Source: an uncultured Peptococcaceae bacterium | GTDB lineage: Bacteria; Bacillota; Dehalobacteriia; UBA4068; UBA4997 | DNA: 64,000 nucleotides | NCBI GenBank assembly: GCA_964569265.1 | Contig: CAZMTO010000006.1 | Location: forward strand, 2,366 to 66,365 | Reading direction: 5' to 3' | Shown: piece by piece, positions 30,170 to 40,860 of the stretch | Numbering within the stretch: position 1 is the stretch's first letter | How the letters are laid out: every line of letters begins with the position of its first letter | Program-made: the position numbers and the translations under genes | Notes under the pieces: generated by a model | Told to the model about the DNA's origin: nothing | Databases searched by the model: none | The model's input: the letters and a program-made list of their open reading frames with translations, nothing else

Positions 30170-30748
30170 CTATTTGCGCAATTCGTCTAAAGTAAGGCTA
30201 AAAGAGGGCACAAAGTTTTCAAAAAAGTAGGCAACCTCCGGCCGTGCCAAATAAGGTTTAAGCTTGTCACCGCAGGCAGCATAGGCAACTTCAAATTCAC
30301 GGTTGCCGCAGCTCAGCTCGTCGGCACACTTTATGTAGGCGCAAATTTTGTCGGCAATATGCACCAGTTCTTCGGCTTCATCTTTGGCAGGCAGCAGCAC
30401 CGCGCGGTAATCATCCTGCAAAGCAGGGGGCAGCTTGGCCGCCAGCTCATCCACTGCCTTATCCTCTAAAGCGTGAAAAGCCTGCTCAATATCCCTGTTG
30501 GCATATTTTACCGGTGTGGGCAAATCTCCGGTAACGGTTTCGCTCACATCGTGGTACAATGCCAGCACTGCCACCCGGTTTTCGTCTAAATTGCCGCCAA
30601 ACAGCCGGTTTTTTATTACCGCCAGCGCGTGCGCCACCACCGCCACCTGCCAGCTATGCTCCTGCGTATTTTCGGCATAGGTATTGCGCATTAACCCCCA
30701 GCGGCGAATATAACGTAAACGGCTGATATAAGCAAAAAAATGGAACAT
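30170..30748 (-). CDS. yfbR: 5'-deoxynucleotidase (HD domain)
   Basis: RWGLMRN..EN..EHS, LYHD.SE..TGDLPTPVKY, ADKICAYIKC. Confidence 0.93.
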   Translation of the reverse strand: MFHFFAYISRLRYIRRWGLMRNTYAENTQEHSWQVAVVAHALAVIKNRLFGGNLDENRVAVLALYHDVSETVTGDLPTPVKYANRDIEQAFHALEDKAVDELAAKLPPALQDDYRAVLLPAKDEAEELVHIADKICAYIKCADELSCGNREFEVAYAACGDKLKPYLARPEVAYFFENFVPSFSLTLDELRK

Positions 30749-30818
30749 ATTGTGCCTCCTGTATTACTTCCTATATATTAGCTTATTTTATTACGGATAA
30801 TATTTTAGCACATTTTTG

Positions 30819-30847
30819 TTGTATTGGCAAATTGTATCCGTTATAAT
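30819..30847 (+). promoter_or_regulatory. Sigma-A-like promoter for rsmA (probably leaderless mRNA)
   Basis: TTGTAT-N17-TATAAT ending 6 nt before the ATG at 30854. Confidence 0.6.
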
Positions 30848-30853
30848 ATAAGT

Positions 30854-31765
30854 ATGGATACTAACAAAAATACTCAAAAAACCGTCGCCACCCCCAATGT
30901 TACGCGGGGGCTTATGCGCGACCACGCTGTTTCGGCCAAAAAAAGTCTTGGCCAAAATTTTATTATTGAACCCAAAATAATTGAACGTATTGCCAACGCC
31001 GCCGCCTGTGACAAACACGACCTTGTGCTGGAAATCGGCCCCGGCCTTGGCAGCCTTACACAAAAGCTGGCGCAATGTGCCGGGCAGGTTGTGGCGGTAG
31101 AAATTGACAAAACCCTGCTGCCCGCCCTGGCAGAAAGCCTTGCGCCCTATAACAACATCTGCCTGATAAACGATGACGCTATGCAGGCTGATTTTGCTGC
31201 GCTTTTGGCACCCTATGCCGCCCGCAGCGATTTGCGCCCCGGCTTTATGGCGGTGGCCAACCTGCCCTATTACATAACCACCCCGCTGATAATGCGCTTT
31301 TTAGAGGGTGATTCCCCCTGGCGGCGGCTGGTGTTTATGGTGCAAAAGGAAATGGCCGAACGTATGCAGGCCCCGCCCGGCGGCAAAGACTACGGCGCAC
31401 TTAGTCTGGCGGTGCAATACCGTGCAAAGGCGCAAATTGCCTTTAAAGTGCCGGCCACGGTGTTTTTGCCGCGCCCCAAGGTAGATTCGGCGGTTATTGT
31501 GCTGGATAAGCTTGACGAACCGCCGGTGCAGGTTGCCGACGAAGCTTTGCTGTTTAGCATTATACGGGCCGGGTTTAATCAACGGCGCAAAACACTGCTT
31601 AATTCTTTAAGCCGCGTTATGAAGATAGATAAGCCCCTGATAGAAGCCGCTTTGGCCAGCGCCCAAATTGAACCGTCGCGCCGGGCCGAAACTTTATCGC
31701 TGGCGGAATTTGCCGCCGTTGCCAATGCCCTTTATCAGCAGCAGACCGAGGTGCAGCATGGGTGA
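30854..31765 (+). CDS. rsmA: 16S rRNA m6,2A1518/1519 dimethyltransferase
   Basis: KKSLGQNF, VLEIGPGLG, VANLPYYIT, RRKTL, RRAETL. Confidence 0.96.
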   Translation: MDTNKNTQKTVATPNVTRGLMRDHAVSAKKSLGQNFIIEPKIIERIANAAACDKHDLVLEIGPGLGSLTQKLAQCAGQVVAVEIDKTLLPALAESLAPYNNICLINDDAMQADFAALLAPYAARSDLRPGFMAVANLPYYITTPLIMRFLEGDSPWRRLVFMVQKEMAERMQAPPGGKDYGALSLAVQYRAKAQIAFKVPATVFLPRPKVDSAVIVLDKLDEPPVQVADEALLFSIIRAGFNQRRKTLLNSLSRVMKIDKPLIEAALASAQIEPSRRAETLSLAEFAAVANALYQQQTEVQHG

Positions 31766-32750
31766 GCAAACAGCTATTATGGGGCTTATTGCCATTATCG
31801 TCTTAGAAGCCATAGTGCTGGTGATAGCGCTGATAACAGCTAACCGCCGCACCGCCGCCAACACCGACAATAACGCCGACAACAATGCCGAAGCCTATGC
31901 CCACCTGTTAGAACGCCTGACTGAGCTGGAACAGCGGCTTAACAGCACACAGGCCGAAAGCTCCGGCGTGTTAAACCGGCAAATAAGCCGGCTGGACACC
32001 AAAATAGGTGCGGTAGACAACAATATGCAGCAACTGCAAAGGCTGTTTCGTAATGTAAAGCTGCGCGGTGCCTGGGGAGAAGCACAGTTGGCCGCCATAC
32101 TTAGCGAGCTTTTGACCCCGGCACAATACGACACCAACGTGGCTATAGACCCGGAAAGTGCCGAACGTGTGGAGTTTGCCCTTAAACTGCCCCTGCCCGA
32201 TAACACCTATATGTGGCTGCCCATAGATGCCAAATGCCCGATAGAAGACTTTGAGCGCTGGCAGCAGGCCGCCGAACTTGGTGACCGCGACCTTGCCGAA
32301 AAATGCGGGCGCGCCCTTGGCCGCCGCCTGTTAGAAGAAAGCGCCGACGTTGCCCAAAAATATATTCGCCCGCCCTACACCACCGATTTTGCCCTGCTGT
32401 TTTTGCCGATAGAAGGTATTTACCAATGGGCAATAAACCAACCGGCACTTATACAGGATATGGAACGCAAGTGGCGCGTTATACCGTGTTCGCCGTCTAC
32501 CATAACGGCGGTGCTTAATTTGGTACAGGTGGCACACCGCAGTATGGCCATAAGCCAGCGAGAAAACGAGGTTTGGCGCTATTTGGGCAATATTAAGCAG
32601 GAGGTTGCCAATTTTGACGGTGCCATAACCAAAAGTCGTAAAAAAACCGCCGAGCTTACCAACAGCTTAGACGAACTGGCCCGCCGCCTGCGTGCTTTAG
32701 ACCGCCGCCTTACCGAGCTGGAGGCTTTAGAGGAAAAACCGCTTGACTAA
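31758..32750 (+). CDS. rmuC: DNA recombination protein RmuC family
   Basis: N-terminal TM segment, coiled coil, RGAWGE, LPIDAK.P, KYIRPP.TTDFA..FLP.EG. Confidence 0.9.
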   Translation: MGEQTAIMGLIAIIVLEAIVLVIALITANRRTAANTDNNADNNAEAYAHLLERLTELEQRLNSTQAESSGVLNRQISRLDTKIGAVDNNMQQLQRLFRNVKLRGAWGEAQLAAILSELLTPAQYDTNVAIDPESAERVEFALKLPLPDNTYMWLPIDAKCPIEDFERWQQAAELGDRDLAEKCGRALGRRLLEESADVAQKYIRPPYTTDFALLFLPIEGIYQWAINQPALIQDMERKWRVIPCSPSTITAVLNLVQVAHRSMAISQRENEVWRYLGNIKQEVANFDGAITKSRKKTAELTNSLDELARRLRALDRRLTELEALEEKPLD

Positions 32751-32771
32751 CCCCACGCATAAGGGTAAAAT
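32743..32771 (+). promoter_or_regulatory. Sigma-A promoter for panB
   Basis: TTGACT-N17-TAAAAT. Confidence 0.7.
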
Positions 32772-32902
32772 ATATATAATTATGGTAACAGCGGTATACA
32801 AAATACCGGGGCGCCAACAAGAGGTTTTATGCAGGGCGGCCCCAACCGAACACCGAATATGCACGAAAAAAAACATTCCTTAGATAAAGGAGGAAACACA
32901 CA

Positions 32903-33742
32903 ATGACCGAAAAAAAGACCTGGCCTAAAATGCAGGAAATGAAAGAAAACGGCGAACGCATTGCTATGCTTACTGCCTACGATTATTCCAGCGCATCTAT
33001 GGCCGAAGCTGCCGGAGTAGACATCATTTTGGTGGGCGATTCGGTAGGCAATGTTGTGCAGGGCGTAGATAATACCCTGCCGGTTACCGTAGATGAGATC
33101 ATCTACCACTGCAAGGCTGTGCGCCGCGGCGCACCCAACACCTGCGTTTTGGCTGATATGCCCTTTGGTTCTTACGAAATTACCATTGAAGAAGGTGTAC
33201 GCAACGCCATACGTATGATAAAAGAAGGCAGAGCCGACGGCGTTAAGTTAGAAGGCGGCGCCGAACGTGCCGAGCTTATTGCCGCTATAACCGCAGCATC
33301 TGTGCCGGTTATGGCCCACATTGGTATGACACCGCAAAAAATTGCCCAAATGGGCGGCTTTAAAGTACAGGGCAAAAGCATCGAGGCTGCCCAAAAGCTG
33401 ATTGACGATGCCAAAGCGCTGGAAGCTGCCGGTGCCGTACAGGTGCTTATGGAATGTGTGCCGGCACCCCTGGCCACCAAAATAACCGATGAACTGCAAG
33501 TGCCCACCATTGGCATTGGCGCCGGTTGCGGCACCACCGGGCAGGTTTTGGTGTGGTATGATATGGCCGGTATGTACGACAAATTTACACCCAAGTTTGT
33601 TAAAAAATATGCCGAAGCCGGCAAGCTTATAACCGAAGCTATGACCGAATATGTAACCGAGGTTAAGGGCGGCCAGTTCCCGGACGATGCACATTCTTTT
33701 GCCCTTAAAAATGCCGACGAGATTCTGCCGCGTTTGTATTAA
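32903..33742 (+). CDS. panB: 3-methyl-2-oxobutanoate hydroxymethyltransferase
   Basis: MLTAYD, ILVGDS, DMPFGSY, VKLEGG, GIGAG. Confidence 0.97.
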   Translation: MTEKKTWPKMQEMKENGERIAMLTAYDYSSASMAEAAGVDIILVGDSVGNVVQGVDNTLPVTVDEIIYHCKAVRRGAPNTCVLADMPFGSYEITIEEGVRNAIRMIKEGRADGVKLEGGAERAELIAAITAASVPVMAHIGMTPQKIAQMGGFKVQGKSIEAAQKLIDDAKALEAAGAVQVLMECVPAPLATKITDELQVPTIGIGAGCGTTGQVLVWYDMAGMYDKFTPKFVKKYAEAGKLITEAMTEYVTEVKGGQFPDDAHSFALKNADEILPRLY

Positions 33743-33762
33743 ACCCCGCTTTTAAGCAATTT

Positions 33763-33797
33763 AAAACCCCTCTCGCTTAGCCGTAGAGGGGTTTTTT
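33763..33797. terminator. Bidirectional terminator between panB and trxA
   Basis: AAAACCCCTCT...AGAGGGGTTTTTT. Confidence 0.85.
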
Positions 33798-33810
33798 GTT
33801 TAATTTTTTG

Positions 33811-34128
33811 CTATTCCAGCATTTCGGCAATAGCATCTTTGGGCCTAAAGCCGGCAACACGGTCAATCTCCAAACCGTCACGGTAGGCCACCAGCAACGG
33901 TATGCCCTGCACCGCAAACTGCTCAGCCAGCTCCGGCTGTTCATCAACGTTTATTTTGCCAACAGTAAGCTGCCTGCCCGCCGCCGACCATTCTTCGGCC
34001 AGCTCGGCCAGCTCCGGCTCTATCATACGGCAATAGCCGCACCAGGGTGCCCAAAAGTCCAGCAGCACTGTACCGGCGGCCTGTTCAACTTCGGCTGCAA
34101 AATTTTCTGCCGTAATTTCAATTTCCAT
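33811..34128 (-). CDS. trxA: Thioredoxin
   Basis: DFWAPWCGYC active site, KINVDE, GIP. Confidence 0.92.
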   Translation of the reverse strand: MEIEITAENFAAEVEQAAGTVLLDFWAPWCGYCRMIEPELAELAEEWSAAGRQLTVGKINVDEQPELAEQFAVQGIPLLVAYRDGLEIDRVAGFRPKDAIAEMLE

Positions 34129-34248
34129 AGCTACAACCTCCATCGTAAATTTCATCGCCATTATTGCCATTATCGTCATTATTGATGTTATTGTTTGGTT
34201 TTATATCGGTTTTTATGCCACCCAAACCGTAAAAGGTCATAAGTAAGT

Positions 34249-36075
34249 TTATTCTACCGTTACCGATTTTGCCAGATTTTTCGGCTGGTCTATGCTGCAC
34301 CCCTTTTGGCTGGCCACATAGTAGGCAAAAAGCTGCAAGGGTATAACCGTAAGCGACGGTTGCAGCAGCGGCAGGGTTTTGGGCACGCTGAACACCACAT
34401 CGGCAACCTCCGGCAGTTGGGTATCACCTTCTACCGCCACAGCCACCAGATATGCCCCGCGCGCCTTAACTTCTTCGGCATTGCTCTTAATTTTTTCTAC
34501 CAGCGGCTGATACGTTGCCAGCGTAAACACCAGCGTACCGGGTTCTATCAGCGATATTGTACCGTGCTTTAATTCGCCGCCGGCATAAGCTTCGGAATGT
34601 ATATAAGATATTTCCTTAAGCTTCAGACTGCCCTCCAGCGCCACGGCATAATCCAAATTACGCCCGATAAAAAATATGCTGTGCTTGTTATACAACTGCG
34701 CCGCCCAATACTGAATTTCTTCTTTGGCCGCCAGCGTTTTTTCCAACTGGGCCGGCAACTGCTCCAGCGCATCATAATATTCTTTTATCTCTCCCGCTGA
34801 CATTGTACCCAAAAGCTCGGCAAATTTAAGCGCCAGCAGATCTATAACCACCAACTGCGTGCTGTAGGCTTTGGTGGTAGCCACGGCAATTTCCGGCCCG
34901 GCCCACGTATAAAGCACATCATCGGCCTCGCGGGCAATAGTAGAACCCAGCACATTAACAATGGCCAGCACCCGCGCCCCTTTGGCTTTGCCGGCGCGCA
35001 TTGCCGCAATGGTATCGGCAGTTTCGCCCGACTGCGATATTACTATCATCAGGGTACGCTCATCAATTATCGGCTCGCGGTATCTAAATTCCGAAGCAAT
35101 ATCCACCTCTACCGGTATACGGCAGGTAGCCTCCAGCAAATACTTGCCCACCATACCCACGTGATACGACGACCCACAGGCCACAATATAAATTTTGGCG
35201 GTGTTTTTCAGCATATCCGCCGTAATATTAAAATCATCCAGCACAATGCTGCCGTCTTTTAAACGGGGGCTTACGGTGTTATGCACCGATTTCGGCTGTT
35301 CCATAATTTCCTTAAACATAAAATGCTCGTAGCCGCCCTTTTCTGCCGCCGAAACATCCCAGTCGATATGCGTCTGCTGCTTGGCAACAGGCTCGCGGTT
35401 GGTATCATAAACCGTTACCCGGTCTTTTTCCAGCACCACTATTTCACGGTCATCAAGGTAATAAACTTCCTGCGTGTGGGCCAGCAGCGCCGATACATCA
35501 GAGGCCACCAGGTTTTCTTCCTGCCCCAGGCCCACCACCAGCGGCGCATCTTTGCGCATAGCATACAGCTTTTGCGGCTCGTCGGCACACAAAATACCCA
35601 GCGCATAAGCACCCTCAAGCTCGTTGGTAAGGCGTATCATAGTATCCAGCATATCACCGTTGTAATAATATTCGGCCAGTTGGGCAATAACCTCGGTATC
35701 GGTTTGCGACACAAACTTGTAGCCTTTTTTTTGCAGCATAGCTTTTAACTGCTGATAATTTTCGATAATACCGTTATGTACCACGGCAAATTTACCCAAC
35801 GAGCTTTTGTGCGGGTGCGAATTTACATCAGACGGCACACCGTGCGTAGCCCAGCGGGTGTGGCCAATGCCTATATGGCCGGGCACATCGGCGCCATCGT
35901 GTATCAAATCCTTTAAAACCTTTAGCTTGCCGGCCGCCTTGGCAATTTTTATTTCACCGTCGGCAAACACAGCAATACCGGCCGAATCATAACCGCGATA
36001 TTCCAATTTGGCCAAACCATTCAACAAAACGGGCGCAACCTGTTTGTCGCCCACATAACCAACTATTCCACACAT
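34249..36075 (-). CDS. glmS: Glutamine-fructose-6-phosphate aminotransferase
   Basis: MCGIVG, GHTRWATHG, SQSGETADT, PKNLAKSVTVE. Confidence 0.98.
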   Translation of the reverse strand: MCGIVGYVGDKQVAPVLLNGLAKLEYRGYDSAGIAVFADGEIKIAKAAGKLKVLKDLIHDGADVPGHIGIGHTRWATHGVPSDVNSHPHKSSLGKFAVVHNGIIENYQQLKAMLQKKGYKFVSQTDTEVIAQLAEYYYNGDMLDTMIRLTNELEGAYALGILCADEPQKLYAMRKDAPLVVGLGQEENLVASDVSALLAHTQEVYYLDDREIVVLEKDRVTVYDTNREPVAKQQTHIDWDVSAAEKGGYEHFMFKEIMEQPKSVHNTVSPRLKDGSIVLDDFNITADMLKNTAKIYIVACGSSYHVGMVGKYLLEATCRIPVEVDIASEFRYREPIIDERTLMIVISQSGETADTIAAMRAGKAKGARVLAIVNVLGSTIAREADDVLYTWAGPEIAVATTKAYSTQLVVIDLLALKFAELLGTMSAGEIKEYYDALEQLPAQLEKTLAAKEEIQYWAAQLYNKHSIFFIGRNLDYAVALEGSLKLKEISYIHSEAYAGGELKHGTISLIEPGTLVFTLATYQPLVEKIKSNAEEVKARGAYLVAVAVEGDTQLPEVADVVFSVPKTLPLLQPSLTVIPLQLFAYYVASQKGCSIDQPKNLAKSVTVE

Positions 36076-36185
36076 AAAAAATCCTCCCCACAATATGTAT
36101 ACCGTTAGCTGTACCTTATATAAAATTCAGTCTGTTTACTGTAATTAAGCCCTGTTATGCCCGTTCGGCAGGGTTCGCTGTGGTT

Positions 36186-36214
36186 ATTATACTATATAAG
36201 TAGCCTTTTTGCAA
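36186..36214 (-). promoter_or_regulatory. Sigma-A promoter for glmS
   Basis: Minus strand TTGCAA-N17-TATAAT. Confidence 0.65.
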
Positions 36215-36368
36215 ATTTTTATTACTTAAAAAAAGCATTTTTAGCAAATAGGCAAAATGTTTGATTGTTTTTTCTGATAAAATATAGTATACTGTTTAAT
36301 GGTATATTATTTTAATAAGATATTACCGTTGCCAAGGCAACCACATAACTATAAGGAGATTTACCTGA

Positions 36369-36899
36369 ATGCCCAAATATAAAGTGATAAAGCGGCAATT
36401 CCGCAACGACAAATGTGTTGTTTGCGGGTTTGACAACCCCTTTAGCCTGCAGTTAGAATTTTACGAGCTGGAAAACGGCGAGGTTGCAACCTTTGCCCAA
36501 ACTATGCAAGAACATCAAAGCTACCCGGGGCGCACACACGGCGGCATCATCAGCGCTATGTTAGATGAAGTTATAGGCCGCGCCATTTGCACTGCCGAAC
36601 CTGCCTGCTGGGGCGTTACCACCGAGCTTAATGTTAAATACAAAAAGCCCGTGCCCTTAGAAAAAACCCTGCTGCTGGTGGGGCGGGTAACCCGCAACCG
36701 CAGCCGTATGTTCAGCGGCACCGGAGAAATTTACCTGCCGGACGGCACCCTGCTGGCCGAAGCGAGCGGCACCTATTTAAAGCTTAAAGCCGAACAAATT
36801 GTTGACTGCGCCGACGGCGAAGAGGCCATTAGCCGACTAAACTGGCAACTGCGCCCCCAACCGGCCAATGCCCCGGATTATATTGAGCTGCCCTATTAG
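36369..36899 (+). CDS. PaaI/hotdog-fold thioesterase
   Basis: C..CG.DNP..L and YPG..HGGIISAMLDE motifs. Confidence 0.88.
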   Translation: MPKYKVIKRQFRNDKCVVCGFDNPFSLQLEFYELENGEVATFAQTMQEHQSYPGRTHGGIISAMLDEVIGRAICTAEPACWGVTTELNVKYKKPVPLEKTLLLVGRVTRNRSRMFSGTGEIYLPDGTLLAEASGTYLKLKAEQIVDCADGEEAISRLNWQLRPQPANAPDYIELPY

Positions 36900-37005
36900 C
36901 AGCTAAATTGGGCTTATATTTTTACACAGTTTATATAGTCTGCTTATAATAAGCTTGCTTAAATAATATTATTTGGATCTGTATAGTAAAAACGGAGGAT
37001 TTTTT

Positions 37006-39657
37006 ATGGCAAATTTTTTTCAAAAGCTTTTTGACAGCAATGCCAAGGAGGTAAAAAAATACGAAAAGCTGGTGGCTAAAATAAATGCAATGGAACCCCA
37101 GATGCAAAAGCTTACCGACGAACAGTTGGCCGCCAAAACTGTCGAATTTAAAAACCGTATCGCCAACGGCGAATCTATTAACAATATGATGATAGAAGCC
37201 TATGCGGTAGTAAGAGAAGCATCGGTGCGTGTGCTGGGTATGCGCCACTTTGATGTTCAGTTGATAGGCGGTATGGCCCTGCACGACGGCCGCATTGCCG
37301 AAATGCGTACCGGCGAGGGTAAAACGCTGGTGGCCACCTGCCCGGTATACTTAAACGCACTTACCGGCAAGGGCGTACACGTTGTAACCGTAAACGAATA
37401 CCTTTCGGCCCGTGACAGCCAGTGGATGGGCCGCCTTTATAAATTTTTAGGTCTGTCGGTAGGGCTTATCGGTCATTCTGTGCCGCCGCCGTTAAAACGC
37501 CTGCAATATAACTGCGATATCACCTTTGGTACCAACAACGAATTCGGTTTTGACTACCTGCGTGACAATATGGCCGTGCGCCCTGCTAATCTGGTGCAGA
37601 GAGAGCTGCATTTTGCAATCATCGACGAGGTGGACTCCATTTTGATTGATGAAGCCAGAACCCCGCTTATTATCAGCGGTCAGGCCGAAAAACCCACCGA
37701 ACGCTATTATCAGATGGCCAAAATTGCCAGCCGTATGCGCCGCGAAGAAGATTTTACCGTTGACGAAAAGGCCCGCGCCATTATGCTTACCCCCAAGGGC
37801 TTAGCCAAAGTAGAACAACTGCTGGGGGTAGAAAACCTTTATGATAACGCCAACACCGAGCTTAACCACTTTGTACAGCAGGCATTAAAGGCCGAATTTT
37901 TGTTTAAGCGCGACCGCGACTATGTAGTAAAAGACGGGCAGGTTATTATTGTTGATGAATTTACCGGCCGTTTGATGGATGGCCGCCGCTACAACGACGG
38001 TTTGCATCAGGCTATTGAAGCCAAGGAAAATGTTATTGTAAAAAACGAAAGCCAGACACTTGCCAGCATTACCCTGCAAAACTACTTCCGTATGTATCAA
38101 AAGGTGGCCGGTATGACCGGTACCGCTATGACCGAAGAAGAAGAATTCCGCTCTATTTACGGGCTGGATGTTGTAGAGATACCCACCAACCGCCCGGTAC
38201 AGAGAAAAGACCTGCCGGATATTGTGTATCGTACTGAAATGGGCAAGTTTAATGCCGTTATTGAAGATATTATTGCCAAGCACGAAAAAGGCCAGCCGGT
38301 ATTGGTGGGCACCGTTTCTATCGAAAAATCCGAAATTTTAAGCCAGCTTTTACGCAAGCGCGGCATACCCCACCAGGTATTAAACGCCAAATACCACGAA
38401 AAAGAAGCAGAAATTATCGCTCAGGCCGGCCGTTTGGGTGCGGTTACCATTGCCACCAATATGGCAGGCCGCGGTACCGATATTATGCTGGGCGGCAACC
38501 CGGAATTTATGCTGCGTCAAATGCAGATGAATGACCCCGAACGTGAATGGACACTGGAAGAAGAACGCGCTTATCTTGCTCAGTACGAAGATCAGGTAAA
38601 AGCCGAGCGAGAAAAGGTGCTGGCTGCCGGCGGTTTGGCTATTATCGGTACTGAACGCCACGAAAGCCGCCGTATTGATAACCAGCTGCGCGGTCGTGCC
38701 GGCCGTCAGGGTGACTTGGGCCAGAGCCAGTTCTATTTGGCCATTGATGACGATCTGGTGCGCAAGTTTGGCGGCGAAAGCCTTAAAAATATGCTGGACA
38801 AAATAGGTATGGACGATACTATGCCGCTGGAAATGAAGATGATCAGCAAGTCTATTGAAAACGCCCAGAAGAAGGTAGAAGGCCGCAACTTTGATATACG
38901 TAAAAACGTGCTGGAATACGATAACGTTATGAACAAGCAGCGTTCGCTTATCTATAAGCAGCGGCAGGACGTTTTGTCGGGCCAAAACCTGCACGAACAA
39001 ATACTGTTTATGCTGCGTTCCGCTATCGAAAATATTGTGGCCCGCTACAGCCCGGTAAGCGAATTCCCCGAGGAATGGGATTTAACGGCACTGCTGCATG
39101 ATTACAGCGAAATTTTGCCGGATAACGGCTTTACCACCGAAGAATTGGCGCGCCTTGGCAAAGACGAGGTTGTGCCGCTGCTCTACAACAAGGCCGAAGC
39201 ACATTTGCAGGAACGCGCCGACAAAATGGGCGAAGATGCCCTGCAAAGCCTGGAGCGTATGATTATTTTAAAATGTGTTGACGAAAAATGGATGGAACAC
39301 ATTGACGCTATGGATCAACTGCGCCAGGTTATCGGCTACCGTTCTATCGGCCACGAAAACCCGCTGATTGCTTATAAGAATGAAGCTTTTGATATGTTCG
39401 AAGCTATGATCAGCGATATTCAACTGGCAGTATCGCGCCTTATTGAACGTGTTGAGGTTGTTGAAGCGCCCAAAGAACGTACTAATCTGATAGCCAGCCA
39501 CGGCGGCGAGGCTCAACCGGCAGCCCCGAGGAAAAAAGCCCCGGTTCACGCCGGAGAAAAAATCGGCCGCAACGACCCTTGCCCCTGCGGCAGCGGTAAA
39601 AAATATAAAAACTGCTGCGGCAAATCGGCTGCCGACGGCGCGGAGGATGCCGAATAA
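37006..39657 (+). CDS. secA: Preprotein translocase subunit SecA
   Basis: [38 protein letters not shown]-terminal [18 protein letters not shown]. Confidence 0.99.
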   Translation: MANFFQKLFDSNAKEVKKYEKLVAKINAMEPQMQKLTDEQLAAKTVEFKNRIANGESINNMMIEAYAVVREASVRVLGMRHFDVQLIGGMALHDGRIAEMRTGEGKTLVATCPVYLNALTGKGVHVVTVNEYLSARDSQWMGRLYKFLGLSVGLIGHSVPPPLKRLQYNCDITFGTNNEFGFDYLRDNMAVRPANLVQRELHFAIIDEVDSILIDEARTPLIISGQAEKPTERYYQMAKIASRMRREEDFTVDEKARAIMLTPKGLAKVEQLLGVENLYDNANTELNHFVQQALKAEFLFKRDRDYVVKDGQVIIVDEFTGRLMDGRRYNDGLHQAIEAKENVIVKNESQTLASITLQNYFRMYQKVAGMTGTAMTEEEEFRSIYGLDVVEIPTNRPVQRKDLPDIVYRTEMGKFNAVIEDIIAKHEKGQPVLVGTVSIEKSEILSQLLRKRGIPHQVLNAKYHEKEAEIIAQAGRLGAVTIATNMAGRGTDIMLGGNPEFMLRQMQMNDPEREWTLEEERAYLAQYEDQVKAEREKVLAAGGLAIIGTERHESRRIDNQLRGRAGRQGDLGQSQFYLAIDDDLVRKFGGESLKNMLDKIGMDDTMPLEMKMISKSIENAQKKVEGRNFDIRKNVLEYDNVMNKQRSLIYKQRQDVLSGQNLHEQILFMLRSAIENIVARYSPVSEFPEEWDLTALLHDYSEILPDNGFTTEELARLGKDEVVPLLYNKAEAHLQERADKMGEDALQSLERMIILKCVDEKWMEHIDAMDQLRQVIGYRSIGHENPLIAYKNEAFDMFEAMISDIQLAVSRLIERVEVVEAPKERTNLIASHGGEAQPAAPRKKAPVHAGEKIGRNDPCPCGSGKKYKNCCGKSAADGAEDAE

Positions 39658-39690
39658 TTATACAGAAGTTGTCGATTATGGAGAGTATTT

Positions 39691-40788
39691 ATGTTATCAG
39701 ACTACAAACCCCTGCTGGAAAAAGCTGCCGAAAAGCTGCAAGAGCTTGAATCTGCTTTAAAAATTGCCCAGCGAACCGAAGAAGCCGCCAGGTTAGAGGA
39801 ATTAAGCGCCTCACCCGATTTTTGGGAAAATCAGGAGGCTGCGCAGGCTACACTGCAAAAGCTTACTCAGCTAAAAGCCACCATCAACAAGTTTAACGAG
39901 CTTGCCGAACAGGTGGATGATGTGCAAACACTGTGGGAGCTGGCCTGCGAAGAAGATGACGAAAGTCTGGAAAAGGAAATTGAGCGCGACTACAATGCCC
40001 TTAACAAGGCGCTGGAAAAGCTGGAAATAGAGGTGTTATTTTCCGGCCCGTATGACGACCACGATTGTATTATTACCCTGCACGCCGGTGCCGGCGGTAC
40101 CGAAGCACAGGATTGGGCCGATATGCTGTACCGTATGTACACGCGCTTTTGCGAAAAAAACGGCTTTAAATGTGAACTGTTAGATTATCTGGACGGTGAA
40201 GAAGCCGGTATTAAAAGCGTTACGCTGGGCATTGCCGGCCCCCACGCCTACGGCCATTTTCGGTCAGAAAAAGGCGTACACCGGCTGGTACGTATATCAC
40301 CGTTTGATGCCTCGGCACGCCGCCACACCTCTTTTGCTTCGTTAGACGTTATGCCGCAGGTGCAGGAGGATAACGAGATAGAGATAAACCCGGACGATTT
40401 AAAAGTAGATACCTACCGCAGCGGCGGTGCCGGCGGTCAGCACGTTAACAAAACCGATTCGGCGGTACGCATAACCCACTTGCCCACCGGCATTGTGGTG
40501 CAGTGTCAGGATGAAAGATCGCAGTATAACAACAAAGACCGCGCTATGAAGCTGCTTAAAGCACGCCTGTTAGAAGAAAAAGTAAAAGAGCGCGAACGCG
40601 AACTGGCCGCCATTAAAGGTGAGCAAACCGAAATCGGCTGGGGCAACCAGATACGCTCGTATGTTTTTCAGCCGTATCGTCTGGTAAAAGACCACCGCAC
40701 CGGGGTAGAATCCGGCAATGTAGATGCTGTTATGGACGGTGATATTCTGCCGTTTATAAGCGGCTATTTAAAAGAATTTAAGGGCTAA
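39691..40788 (+). CDS. prfB: Peptide chain release factor 2 (no programmed frameshift)
   Basis: SPF recognition motif, GGQ motif, WGNQIRSYV; single uninterrupted ORF. Confidence 0.97.
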   Translation: MLSDYKPLLEKAAEKLQELESALKIAQRTEEAARLEELSASPDFWENQEAAQATLQKLTQLKATINKFNELAEQVDDVQTLWELACEEDDESLEKEIERDYNALNKALEKLEIEVLFSGPYDDHDCIITLHAGAGGTEAQDWADMLYRMYTRFCEKNGFKCELLDYLDGEEAGIKSVTLGIAGPHAYGHFRSEKGVHRLVRISPFDASARRHTSFASLDVMPQVQEDNEIEINPDDLKVDTYRSGGAGGQHVNKTDSAVRITHLPTGIVVQCQDERSQYNNKDRAMKLLKARLLEEKVKERERELAAIKGEQTEIGWGNQIRSYVFQPYRLVKDHRTGVESGNVDAVMDGDILPFISGYLKEFKG

Positions 40789-40860
40789 AGCCCGGCTTGC
40801 AATGCGTTAGACGGCGAAGATCGCTGCTAATATAAAAAATTATTTATTGGGGGTAATATT

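Noticed and set aside
36076-36185. glmS ribozyme upstream of glmS
   Set aside because: The leader has a small nested hairpin but lacks the AGCGCC and GACGAG core and is short.
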